Both the position numbers and the translations under genes were made by a program. A model generated the notes under the pieces. It was given only the letters and a program-made list of their open reading frames with translations. It was not told the DNA's origin and made no database searches. Below are positions 1 through 8,016 of a stretch of DNA of 64,000 nucleotides, piece after piece. The DNA comes from Thermodesulfobacteriota bacterium (GTDB lineage: Bacteria > Desulfobacterota > Desulfobulbia > Desulfobulbales > JAGXFP01). The stretch is from positions 73,059 through 137,058 of the forward strand of contig JBDLJC010000001.1 in the NCBI GenBank assembly GCA_039714535.1, written 5' to 3'. How positions within the stretch are numbered: position 1 is the first letter of the stretch; each line of letters begins with the position of its first letter.

Positions 1-187
1 ACCCTGATAAGCAAAGGAAATTCTCTGTCGTCCTCATCTTTTCAAACATCCCCTACAGACAAGGTTGCAAAAAAAATTGATAATGAATCTGTTGTCCTCG
101 CAAGAGGGGAAGGACAATGAAAATGATTAACAATTTTACTTCTGGTTTGGTTGACTTCTGCTGGATGGTTTTTTTTTGGGGGGGGAA

Positions 188-574
188 ATGGTCAATAAAA
201 ATACAGGCCCTTTTTCAGAAAAGAGGCGCGCCAAAAGGATCTCTGCTCCTGTTGGCACCACGGCTCTTTTGAGAAATTGCGGCAACCCGCAGGACAAGAT
301 CTATGTCCGGGATATAAGTTTGAATGGCATGCTTGTTTATGATTATAATTCATCGGAAACATATCCGGTGAACTCATCTATAAGTAATATTTTCGTCGAT
401 ATCCCAGCTTGTGAATTAAGCGCTAATAGGAGAATTTGTCTCCTCATCGATAGGGGTAAAGTAGTCCGTTCATTTTATGATCAAGCTGCAGAGGCCGTAT
501 GTTACGGCATCGAATTGACGTATGTGGATTCTTACGTAAAAAAAATGATTGGAGGCTTACAGAATAATATCTAA
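188..574 (+). CDS. PilZ domain protein (candidate c-di-GMP receptor)
   Basis: ORF 176..574. An ATG at 188 follows a G-rich RBS. RRAKR and DISLNG match the PilZ RxxxR and (D/N)xSxxG signatures. Confidence 0.65.
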   Translation: MVNKNTGPFSEKRRAKRISAPVGTTALLRNCGNPQDKIYVRDISLNGMLVYDYNSSETYPVNSSISNIFVDIPACELSANRRICLLIDRGKVVRSFYDQAAEAVCYGIELTYVDSYVKKMIGGLQNNI

Positions 575-783
575 CCGGTAATATGCTTTTAACTGTAAGG
601 TTATTCTATCTTGGCTCAACGGACAAAGGACACCGGGGGACCCAGTCAAGGATTGATAATTAGTTTGTTTTGCTTGGCAATCGGTGGTGTTTTGGCCTTA
701 AAACCCCATTAGCTAGGCTTTAGGGCAAGCTCCTTCGTGTCCACTCGGCTGCAGGTTTTCTCAACCGTTCCCAGGGACCAGAT

Positions 784-903
784 GTGAAATTACCAATTTA
801 TCAAATTGATGCTTTTGCGAGCCAGCCTTTTGAGGGAAATCCTGCGGCAGTAGTGCCTTTAGAGGCGTGGCTGAGTGATGAAGTAATGCCAATCTATTGC
901 TGA
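784..903 (+). pseudogene. N-terminal remnant of a PhzF-family isomerase gene
   Basis: Hand translation gives VKLPIYQIDAFASQPFEGNPAAVVPLEAWLSDEVMPIYC*. It matches the conserved PhzF N-terminus (QVDAF..F.GNPAAV) but stops after 39 codons with nothing downstream. Confidence 0.55.
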
Positions 904-1195
904 ATATAGAAGTGGATATCCTTCATTACAGTAGACACAATAACACCTTCAAACGATTTCCTGCCAGATCACTATACCATATACATGCAGAGAAATAGAA
1001 AGATGGGGTTCCAACCTACTCTTTTGTAATCAAACAAACCCCACAGTATTTATCAAAACATCCTGACATACACTATCGCTTTATAATGGTATATGGATGA
1101 GCTGGAGATATGTTCAATGTGGCCGATAAAAGGTGTAATTGCTCTAAAGCTGGCCTGCCTAACTTAGCATTGAATACTTAAATATTAAACTCTGG

Positions 1196-1223
1196 TAAGC
1201 CTTTAGCGACTGGCAATACTACC
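1196..1223. repeat. Left arm of a 28-bp inverted repeat bracketing the 1256..2197 gene
   Basis: The sequence is taagcctttagcgactggcaatactacc. Its reverse complement matches 2295..2322 at 26/28 positions. Confidence 0.8.
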
Positions 1224-1255
1224 ACGGTTTATACTATAAAAAGGGAGGTGTCCTA

Positions 1256-2197
1256 ATGAAAAAGTTCAGTATTGCGTTATGTTTAGTGTTGTTCCTGGCT
1301 TTTCTTGCTGGTGGTGTTTCAGCGGATGTTGTTGAAGATTTCGAGGATGGTGTTGCGAATGATTGGGAAATCGTTATGGGCGATTGGCAAATTGTTCAAG
1401 ACGTCCAAGCTGATGGCACTTGGGGTAATGTATTAAAGCAAACTGCTCATGACCAGCCCCAAGGCGGGATCGGTAATGCGATGGTAAGGTACGACTGTGG
1501 TTATGAGTGGACTGACTACACCGTTGAAGCTGATGTAAAAATGAATAGCGGCTCCGATTTCTGGATGGCGTGGCGTTCCGGAGTTACTGGTCAGAACTAT
1601 GCCCAATGGTTTAGTGGTGGAACGCTGAGATCCGCATGGAGTGGTGGCGGCGCCTGGGGCGCGTTCGGTTACTCAAAATGGTACTGGCAGTACAATAAGT
1701 GGTACCATTTGAAGGTAGAGATAGACGGGCCAATCCAGAAATTCTATGTGGATGATACATTAATGTTCACCCAGAATCAGTACAAGTATGCATATCAGGG
1801 AACCGTGAATTTCAGAACCCTGCGCTCTTTCATGACCATCGATAATATAGTTGTGACTGGTGTTGACGGCTGTGTAACAATCTTGGATGCTAACGTTGAT
1901 ATCGATCCCGATACGTTGAACCTTAATGCGGGGGGTGTTTTCACCGCTTATGTGACATTGCCTGAAGAATACAGTGTTGAAGAGATTGATACAACAACTG
2001 TGGAGTGTGAAGGAGCTCCTGCAGTAAAGACCTCGATTGAAGACAACGTTTTAATTGCTAAATTCTTTAGAGAAGACCTTATTGGTGTTGAGGTCGGAGA
2101 TGCTGTTACATTGACTGTGACGGGCCAACTCGATGAGGAAACATTTTTCGAGGGAAGTTCTGTTATTAGAGTTATCTCAAAAGGCGGCAAAAAGTAA
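1256..2197 (+). CDS. Secreted protein with a concanavalin/LamG-like (DUF1080-like) N-domain and an Ig-like C-domain
   Basis: Strong RBS (aagggaggtg). Signal peptide MKKFSIALCLVLFLAFLAGGVSA. The W/Y-rich beta-sandwich-like composition suggests the domain family, but that assignment is tentative. Confidence 0.5.
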   Translation: MKKFSIALCLVLFLAFLAGGVSADVVEDFEDGVANDWEIVMGDWQIVQDVQADGTWGNVLKQTAHDQPQGGIGNAMVRYDCGYEWTDYTVEADVKMNSGSDFWMAWRSGVTGQNYAQWFSGGTLRSAWSGGGAWGAFGYSKWYWQYNKWYHLKVEIDGPIQKFYVDDTLMFTQNQYKYAYQGTVNFRTLRSFMTIDNIVVTGVDGCVTILDANVDIDPDTLNLNAGGVFTAYVTLPEEYSVEEIDTTTVECEGAPAVKTSIEDNVLIAKFFREDLIGVEVGDAVTLTVTGQLDEETFFEGSSVIRVISKGGKK

Positions 2198-2294
2198 GAA
2201 GCAAACTTTTGTGTTGGCTGGGTATCTTATAAGCGGTAGGCCTATTTATCCCGCTTAAAACAGTTCCGCAAGAGTATACAGGTGTAAGGTAAAA

Positions 2295-2322
2295 GGTAGT
2301 ATTGTCAGTCGCTAGAGGCTTA
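2295..2322. repeat. Right arm of the 28-bp inverted repeat
   Basis: The sequence ggtagtattgtcagtcgctagaggctta is the reverse complement of 1196..1223 with 2 mismatches. Confidence 0.8.
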
Positions 2323-2598
2323 TCTGCAGAAAAAAAGGACAGATTGAGATACCCCAGGTTTCACGTCCACCAACAAGACAAAGGTGAAATACCCTAGGAA
2401 TCAAAGGGGGCCTAATGCAATACTCACAGCAAATTATCCTCAAAGCGCTGGTATTATATTTCGAATGATGGCTTTTAATGTCTCAATATGTACTTTAAGT
2501 CGCTTAAAAGGCCTTTAAAGACTGAAGGTGTGCACCATGAAAGGGCCTGTCACGCCGGAAGTTGTGAGTTCGAGTCTCGTCAGTCCCGCTATTTTTTA

Positions 2599-2635
2599 AG
2601 AGGATTAGCCTGAAAGGGTTAATCCTCTTTTTTTT
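2599..2635 (+). terminator. Rho-independent terminator
   Basis: AGAGGATTA pairs with TAATCCTCT to form the stem, followed by a T8 run. Confidence 0.6.
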
Positions 2636-2765
2636 GCGCTTGTTTGGTGTCATTTTTTTTACGTCTTGATTGGCTGCGGGAGGTTCAGGTAGACTTAATG
2701 TAAATGATAGTTTGAAGTTGGTGGTCTTTCTCTTTCCGAGCGGGGGACATAAAAAGGAGGTTTGT

Positions 2766-3377
2766 ATGAAGATACTGGTCGTTTATTATTCGATGTATGG
2801 TCATGTCTACCAGATGGCACGGGCAGCCGCTGAAGGAGCTCAGTCTGTAGCGGGGGCGGAAGTTGAACTGCGCCGGGTCCCGGAGACTCTTCCCCTGGCA
2901 GTCCTGGAAAAGATGGGTGCGGTTGAACCCCAGAAGCAGCAGACGGATGTTCCTGTCTGTTCGGTGGATGAACTTGGCGAGGCCGATGCAATAATCTTCG
3001 GAACCCCGACCCGTTTCGGTAATATGTGCGGCCAGATGCGACAGTTTCTTGATTCAACCGGGGGGCTGTGGATGGGTGGCGCGTTGGTAGGTAAAGCGGG
3101 GAGCGTTATCGCAAGCTCCAACACCCAGCACGGAGGTCAGGAGTCAACAATCCTGAGTTTTCATATTACCCTGTTGCATCAGGGTATGGTCGTGGTTGGC
3201 TTGCCTTATGCGTTTCAAGGGCAAATGACCACGGATGAAATCAGCGGTTGCTCTCCCTATGGAGCCTCGACGATTGCGGGCACAGACGGCAGTCGTTCGC
3301 CCAGTGACAACGAACTGGCAGGAGCAAGGTTTCAGGGTGAGCATGTCGCAAAAATTGCCAAGAAACTTACCGCTTAA
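2766..3377 (+). CDS. wrbA: NAD(P)H:quinone oxidoreductase, WrbA type (flavodoxin-like)
   Basis: The internal ATG at 2766 follows aaaaaggagg. [14 protein letters not shown]...[10 protein letters not shown]...QHGGQE is the typical WrbA pattern. Confidence 0.9.
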   Translation: MKILVVYYSMYGHVYQMARAAAEGAQSVAGAEVELRRVPETLPLAVLEKMGAVEPQKQQTDVPVCSVDELGEADAIIFGTPTRFGNMCGQMRQFLDSTGGLWMGGALVGKAGSVIASSNTQHGGQESTILSFHITLLHQGMVVVGLPYAFQGQMTTDEISGCSPYGASTIAGTDGSRSPSDNELAGARFQGEHVAKIAKKLTA

Positions 3378-3529
3378 TTAGCGGCGCTCACACTGGTCAA
3401 TCGGCTCCGGCCGTGATCACTACCAGCTTGGGCACTGGCGGCCGGGGCGGGGGGATCATTATTCATGGCATAAGCTCAAGCTGATCTATTCCCCAAGATG
3501 GGGCAAACATATTGAGAAAGGCAGTCAAG

Positions 3530-4939
3530 ATGGAAATTCGCTACGTCGCAGAACAGAATGTCTATATCGCCAAAAAAGCCGGTAATCGCCCCCATGCGTC
3601 AGGCAATATTCCGAAATTATTAGGCGCACGCGTTCACGTCGATCTGACAGCAGAGACAAACGGTTGGGTACCCGTGACCGACGTGCCGAACGCAAAAGGA
3701 AAATGTAACTCAGGATTTATCGAGTTGAATGGTCTTTCCTCCACCCAACAACTTAAAATTTTTTACATTGATGTTGGCCAAGGCGATGCTTCCCTAATTG
3801 AAGCGGAAAAGGCCATGGTCATCATTGATGGCGGCCCCAATTCAGGACTCCATAGTTATTTGAAAAAACGTTTAAACGCACTTCGCCGGGCAGATACTGC
3901 TGCGAATCTTCCTCAAAGGGAGCATCTTTTTATTGACGCGGTCTTTGTCTCGCATTTTGACAAGGATCACTATAAAGGGCTCGTGCGGGTCCTTGAGGAT
4001 CCGAATTACAAGATTGGCACCCTGTATCACAATGGTTTGCCTCGTTATGGAGCCAGCAGTAATAAAGATCTTAAACTCGGCACTATAGTGAAACACAACG
4101 ATGGGACCCGTTCAATCAGCACTGACTTTACCGGGATCAATTCTGCGAGAGCTCTTCTCGGCTCCGGGAATTTCCAGACTAAAAAAGGGAATCACAACGA
4201 TTTCTGGAAGTTTTTGAACGCACTTATCAATGCCCACGACCACCAGGAATCACGCCTCCAGTCGATAAAGCGGCTGGTTGTCCGAGACCCATCAGCCCCG
4301 GCCGTTATCAAAATTGGCGATGACCTTGAGTTTCAGGTGTTGGGCCCGTTAACAACGAAGAAAACAGGTACGACCAGATTGCCGGTGTTCCCCGACCCGC
4401 ACAAAGCCAAGAAGGATGATCACAACCAGGTGCCCAGCCCATCGCATACCATCAATGGCAATAGTATTGTGGTACGACTGATTTATAAGGATACCCATTT
4501 CTTATTTGGTGGTGATCTGAATCAGCCTGCACAAAAATATTTGCGCGATCGTTACGGTGATCATTTCGATATTTTCCACTCTGACGTAAACAAAGCCTGC
4601 CATCATGGCTCATCAGATTTTGATGTGGCCTACTTGCAGGATGTAGCGCCCTGCGCCACAGTGTTTTCATCAGGTGATGATGGTAGTTATGATCATCCTC
4701 TTCCCGATGCCATTGGTGCGGCAGCTAAATACAGCATTGGTGATTTTCCTTTGGTATTTTCAACAGAGCTTGCCCGTGACAACGCCGTGAGTGGCAGGGT
4801 TAAGCTGGGACATATCAATGCTCGATCGAACGGTACTGCAATAGTTATGGCCCAGAAAAAAGAAAGCCCGGGACGATCAAAGAAACTGTGGCATACATTC
4901 GGCGTTCCTTTTGCCGGCCCGTTTGGAAGTCATTCCTAA
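3530..4939 (+). CDS. Metallo-beta-lactamase-fold hydrolase (ComEC/Rec2-related MBL domain, stand-alone)
   Basis: Motifs FYIDVGQGDASLIE..VIIDGGP, SHFDKDHYKGL and ACHHGS..FSSGDD fit the MBL fold. The ATG at 3530 has an RBS. The ORF track starts at a TTG at 3512. Confidence 0.65.
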   Translation: MEIRYVAEQNVYIAKKAGNRPHASGNIPKLLGARVHVDLTAETNGWVPVTDVPNAKGKCNSGFIELNGLSSTQQLKIFYIDVGQGDASLIEAEKAMVIIDGGPNSGLHSYLKKRLNALRRADTAANLPQREHLFIDAVFVSHFDKDHYKGLVRVLEDPNYKIGTLYHNGLPRYGASSNKDLKLGTIVKHNDGTRSISTDFTGINSARALLGSGNFQTKKGNHNDFWKFLNALINAHDHQESRLQSIKRLVVRDPSAPAVIKIGDDLEFQVLGPLTTKKTGTTRLPVFPDPHKAKKDDHNQVPSPSHTINGNSIVVRLIYKDTHFLFGGDLNQPAQKYLRDRYGDHFDIFHSDVNKACHHGSSDFDVAYLQDVAPCATVFSSGDDGSYDHPLPDAIGAAAKYSIGDFPLVFSTELARDNAVSGRVKLGHINARSNGTAIVMAQKKESPGRSKKLWHTFGVPFAGPFGSHS

Positions 4940-5049
4940 TAGTGAAAGCAGCAAAAAATAGGGACAGATTAGATGATCTGTAATCAGGGATGAGTTCGAC
5001 AGGATGTCCAGCGGTAGCATTTAGCGGAATTTAGCTTATTCCCTCTGCT

Positions 5050-5760
5050 TTAGATCTTCAGCATTTTCATCACCAGAATTCCCACTTCATAGAGCAGGTA
5101 GAGCGGTACTCCCATCAAGAGCATATTGACGACGTCCGGGGTCGGGGTGAGGAGGGCGGCGACGATGCTGATGGCCAGCACCGCGTAACGGCGGTTTTTC
5201 TCAAATACCCGGCGTGGAATTATGCCGGTGCGGGAGGCAAAGACCATGAAGATCGGTAATTCGAAGATCAGGCCGAAAGCCAGGATGAAGACCGCCACAA
5301 AATTAACGAACTTGCTTACCGCGATGATCGGTTTTAGTTGGGCCGTCTGAAATTCCAGCAGAAATTTGACCCCGAAGGGCAGGGTGATTGAGTAGCAGAA
5401 CCAGGCCCCGCAGTAGAAGAGGATGCAGGTAAAGATAATGAACCAGTTGCGGGCCGCCTTGGAGATTTTGAATGGTTTGGTCAGGGCCAGCCAGACAAAA
5501 CAGGCAATAACCGGCATCAGGGTGAATACGGCGGAGATCAGGGCCAGTTTGACATGGGCCAGAAATGGTTCGGCCACCGTGAAGAAGGCCAATTCCTGGT
5601 CGAGATGGTTCTGGAAGAAGGTCAGAACCTTCGGCGCCAGGAAATAGAACCCGGCCGCAGTCGCACTGATGACCAGCAGCAGGCCGAGGATGTACTTACG
5701 GGTCTCGTTGATAAAAACGAGGATCTGCTGGAGCGGCGTTGTTTCCTTGGCGTTATCCAT
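5050..5760 (-). CDS. tatC: Twin-arginine translocase subunit TatC
   Basis: 236-aa polytopic membrane protein with a TatC-like pattern. Confidence 0.85.
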   Translation of the reverse strand: MDNAKETTPLQQILVFINETRKYILGLLLVISATAAGFYFLAPKVLTFFQNHLDQELAFFTVAEPFLAHVKLALISAVFTLMPVIACFVWLALTKPFKISKAARNWFIIFTCILFYCGAWFCYSITLPFGVKFLLEFQTAQLKPIIAVSKFVNFVAVFILAFGLIFELPIFMVFASRTGIIPRRVFEKNRRYAVLAISIVAALLTPTPDVVNMLLMGVPLYLLYEVGILVMKMLKI

Positions 5761-5787
5761 CTCTAAAGTTGGGAATTTGGCCGGTCC

Positions 5788-6615
5788 CTAAAGAAGATTT
5801 TCCCTGATGAAGTTAACCGCGTTTCTGAACAGGACCACGCCCTGGCCTTCTTCCGGCAGTTCTTCTCTGGTCCAGCGGGGATGATTGGTGCGGTGGAGGA
5901 ATGCCTCCGGGTGGGGCATCAGGCCAAAGAGACGGCCGCTGGGGTCGCAGATGCCGGCAATCCCATCCGGTGAGCCGTTGGGGTTGTCCGGATACTCCAT
6001 GGTCGGTTGATTGGTCTCCGGATCGGTGTAGCGCAGGGCGACAAGTTTATCTTTCTCGATGCGGTCAAGAACAGCATCGGTCATGGTGACTAATTTGCCT
6101 TCGCCGTGCCGGATTGGATAATAAAGGGTGTCGAGGCCCTTGGTGAAGACACAGGGGGAATCAGGATCAACTTTCAGGGTTACCCAACGGTCCTCGAATC
6201 GGCCTGAATCGTTATGGGTCAGGCTGACCTGGCGGTCATCATAGCGTTGCTCAAAACCGGGCAACAGTCCGGCCTTGACCATCAATTGGAAGCCGTTGCA
6301 GACCCCGATAATCAGTTTGCCCGCTTTAATAAAGCGCTGTAACTGGTCGATCAGTTTTTCGCCGGTATCAATAACCTTGACATGTTTGAAACGGTGGGCG
6401 CCGGCCTGGCCTGCCCCCAGATCGTCGCCATCCAGAAAACCGCCGGGCAGGTTGAGGAAGTGATAGTCGTCCAGCGAGTATTCACCGTGGATCAACTGGC
6501 TCATGTGGACGATATCGACCTGATCGGCGCCGCCCAGTTTGCAGGCGTGGGCCATTTCCGTCTCGCAGTTGGTTCCATAGCCGGTGATGACGATTGCTTT
6601 AACATCCTTGGACAT
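5788..6615 (-). CDS. purQ: Phosphoribosylformylglycinamidine synthase glutaminase subunit (PurQ-like, long form)
   Basis: Class I amidotransferase motifs GVCNGFQ and HPE are present, and the N-terminus is VITGYGTNCE. Confidence 0.7.
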   Translation of the reverse strand: MSKDVKAIVITGYGTNCETEMAHACKLGGADQVDIVHMSQLIHGEYSLDDYHFLNLPGGFLDGDDLGAGQAGAHRFKHVKVIDTGEKLIDQLQRFIKAGKLIIGVCNGFQLMVKAGLLPGFEQRYDDRQVSLTHNDSGRFEDRWVTLKVDPDSPCVFTKGLDTLYYPIRHGEGKLVTMTDAVLDRIEKDKLVALRYTDPETNQPTMEYPDNPNGSPDGIAGICDPSGRLFGLMPHPEAFLHRTNHPRWTREELPEEGQGVVLFRNAVNFIRENLL

Positions 6616-7336
6616 CTGGTACTCCTCCGTTTATTTCTTTTTCGAGGCGATTGAAAAAAACTTCCATGAACTGGTGGCGCTCATCGGCCAGCTGCCGGCC
6701 GATGGGGGTTAGCATCCGCTCCCGGACCCGGCAAAGCTTGACCCGAAATTCCCGGTAGGCCGTGTCCTCAACGGTGTAGGGTGCGGTGGTGTGGATATCT
6801 ATCTCGTGATTGTGCAGTTTGGCCCCGATTTGACCGGCAAAGAGAAAGGCGCGGCCAACGCCTACCGCCCCGATTGAATCGAGCTTGTCGGCATCAAAAA
6901 GAATCTTTGCCTCCAGAGAGAGGGGCGGATTGGCGCTGCGGAACCGATGGCTGGCAATGCAATGGCAGATTGCCGCAATGTCCTCTTCCTTAAAACCGTA
7001 CTCAAGCAGGATCGGCCTGGCCAGTTCGGCTCCCCGGACGGCGTGGCAGATTACGCCTTTGCTGGCCGATTCATCCTGCCTGCCGATGTCGTGCAGGATG
7101 GCGGCGCCGCTGATGATATCGAGGCGACCGTTCATGACCTTGCCGATCTGGAAGGCGGTGGCGAAAACCCGGTCGGCATGATCGATGGTATGACAACCGC
7201 CCTCTGCTTCATAGTAACTGGCGGCAGTCTTGCGGAGCCGGGCGGTAAGCTCTGCGCCCAAAGGTGGTTCAATAGCGCCGGTCTGGAGCTGGCAAGAGTC
7301 GGCTGCTGGGTGGTTGTTAACTGAACAGTTCATCAT
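6599..7336 (-). CDS. HD-domain phosphohydrolase
   Basis: Contains H..DH..RV and ILHDIGR motifs. Confidence 0.7.
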   Translation of the reverse strand: MMNCSVNNHPAADSCQLQTGAIEPPLGAELTARLRKTAASYYEAEGGCHTIDHADRVFATAFQIGKVMNGRLDIISGAAILHDIGRQDESASKGVICHAVRGAELARPILLEYGFKEEDIAAICHCIASHRFRSANPPLSLEAKILFDADKLDSIGAVGVGRAFLFAGQIGAKLHNHEIDIHTTAPYTVEDTAYREFRVKLCRVRERMLTPIGRQLADERHQFMEVFFNRLEKEINGGVPDVQGC

Positions 7337-8012
7337 GGAGCAGGTGGATCGCTGATCTCAACAGTTCCTGATCGGCAATATTTTTATTGGCCCCTGATTC
7401 CTGGCGGAAGGTATCGAGATTGTAGAGAAGGTGCAGGAATCTTTCCTGTTGCCGGTCATCCGGCTTGAAGCCTTCTTTTATCCGAGGGTGATGGAGGACG
7501 GTCATCAGCAGGTCGTTGAACTCGTTATAGGCAGCCAGGGCCTGGTCGGTAAGCCAATTATCGATAGTGACTTCCGGGCCGCTGGCAAAACCCTGGCAAT
7601 GGGGTTCGTGTAAAAGGACGAAAAGTTCGGCTGCTTGACCGTCTTTGTCAAGACAAGCGCCCCGGCCGACCGGGTAGGTGCGGCAGGCGCCCGGGCGATC
7701 CTGATAAACCGTGCAGCCCTTGTCGTTAACAAATGGACAGCTGGCCCGACCGTCATCGACCATGGCCAGGAACACCAGGGGGAAGGTGTCCTCGGCGGTT
7801 TTTTCCACCAGGGCATAGCGGTCCAGAAACTCACCACTGGAGAGGTTCAAAGCCTGGCGCAACCTGAGCACGTCGTAGGGAGACAGGGCCAGATCAAGTT
7901 GGCGGCAGCAATCGGTAAAGCAGGCCACTTCCGGGTGACAGCTGAACTGGAAAGTCTCGTTGTCGTCGAGCCTGCGCACATTTTGGGGCAGGCTGATGTT
8001 GTCCATGGTCAT
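7317..8012 (-). CDS. YkgJ-family (UPF0153) cysteine-cluster protein
   Basis: Cys motifs CHPEVACFTDCC, ASCPF and GCTVY..RPGACRTYP. The start is trimmed to the ATG at 8012, just after the secDF stop. Confidence 0.6.
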   Translation of the reverse strand: MTMDNISLPQNVRRLDDNETFQFSCHPEVACFTDCCRQLDLALSPYDVLRLRQALNLSSGEFLDRYALVEKTAEDTFPLVFLAMVDDGRASCPFVNDKGCTVYQDRPGACRTYPVGRGACLDKDGQAAELFVLLHEPHCQGFASGPEVTIDNWLTDQALAAYNEFNDLLMTVLHHPRIKEGFKPDDRQQERFLHLLYNLDTFRQESGANKNIADQELLRSAIHLLHDELFS

Positions 8013-8016
8013 TTCG

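Noticed and set aside
2518-2588. A possible complete tRNA or tRNA-Sec gene ending at 2588.
   Set aside because: Only the T-arm and a partial acceptor (5 of 7 bp) can be formed. The would-be D-arm (ggtg-tg-cacc) has no loop and no anticodon arm fits. I treat it as a fragment rather than a gene.
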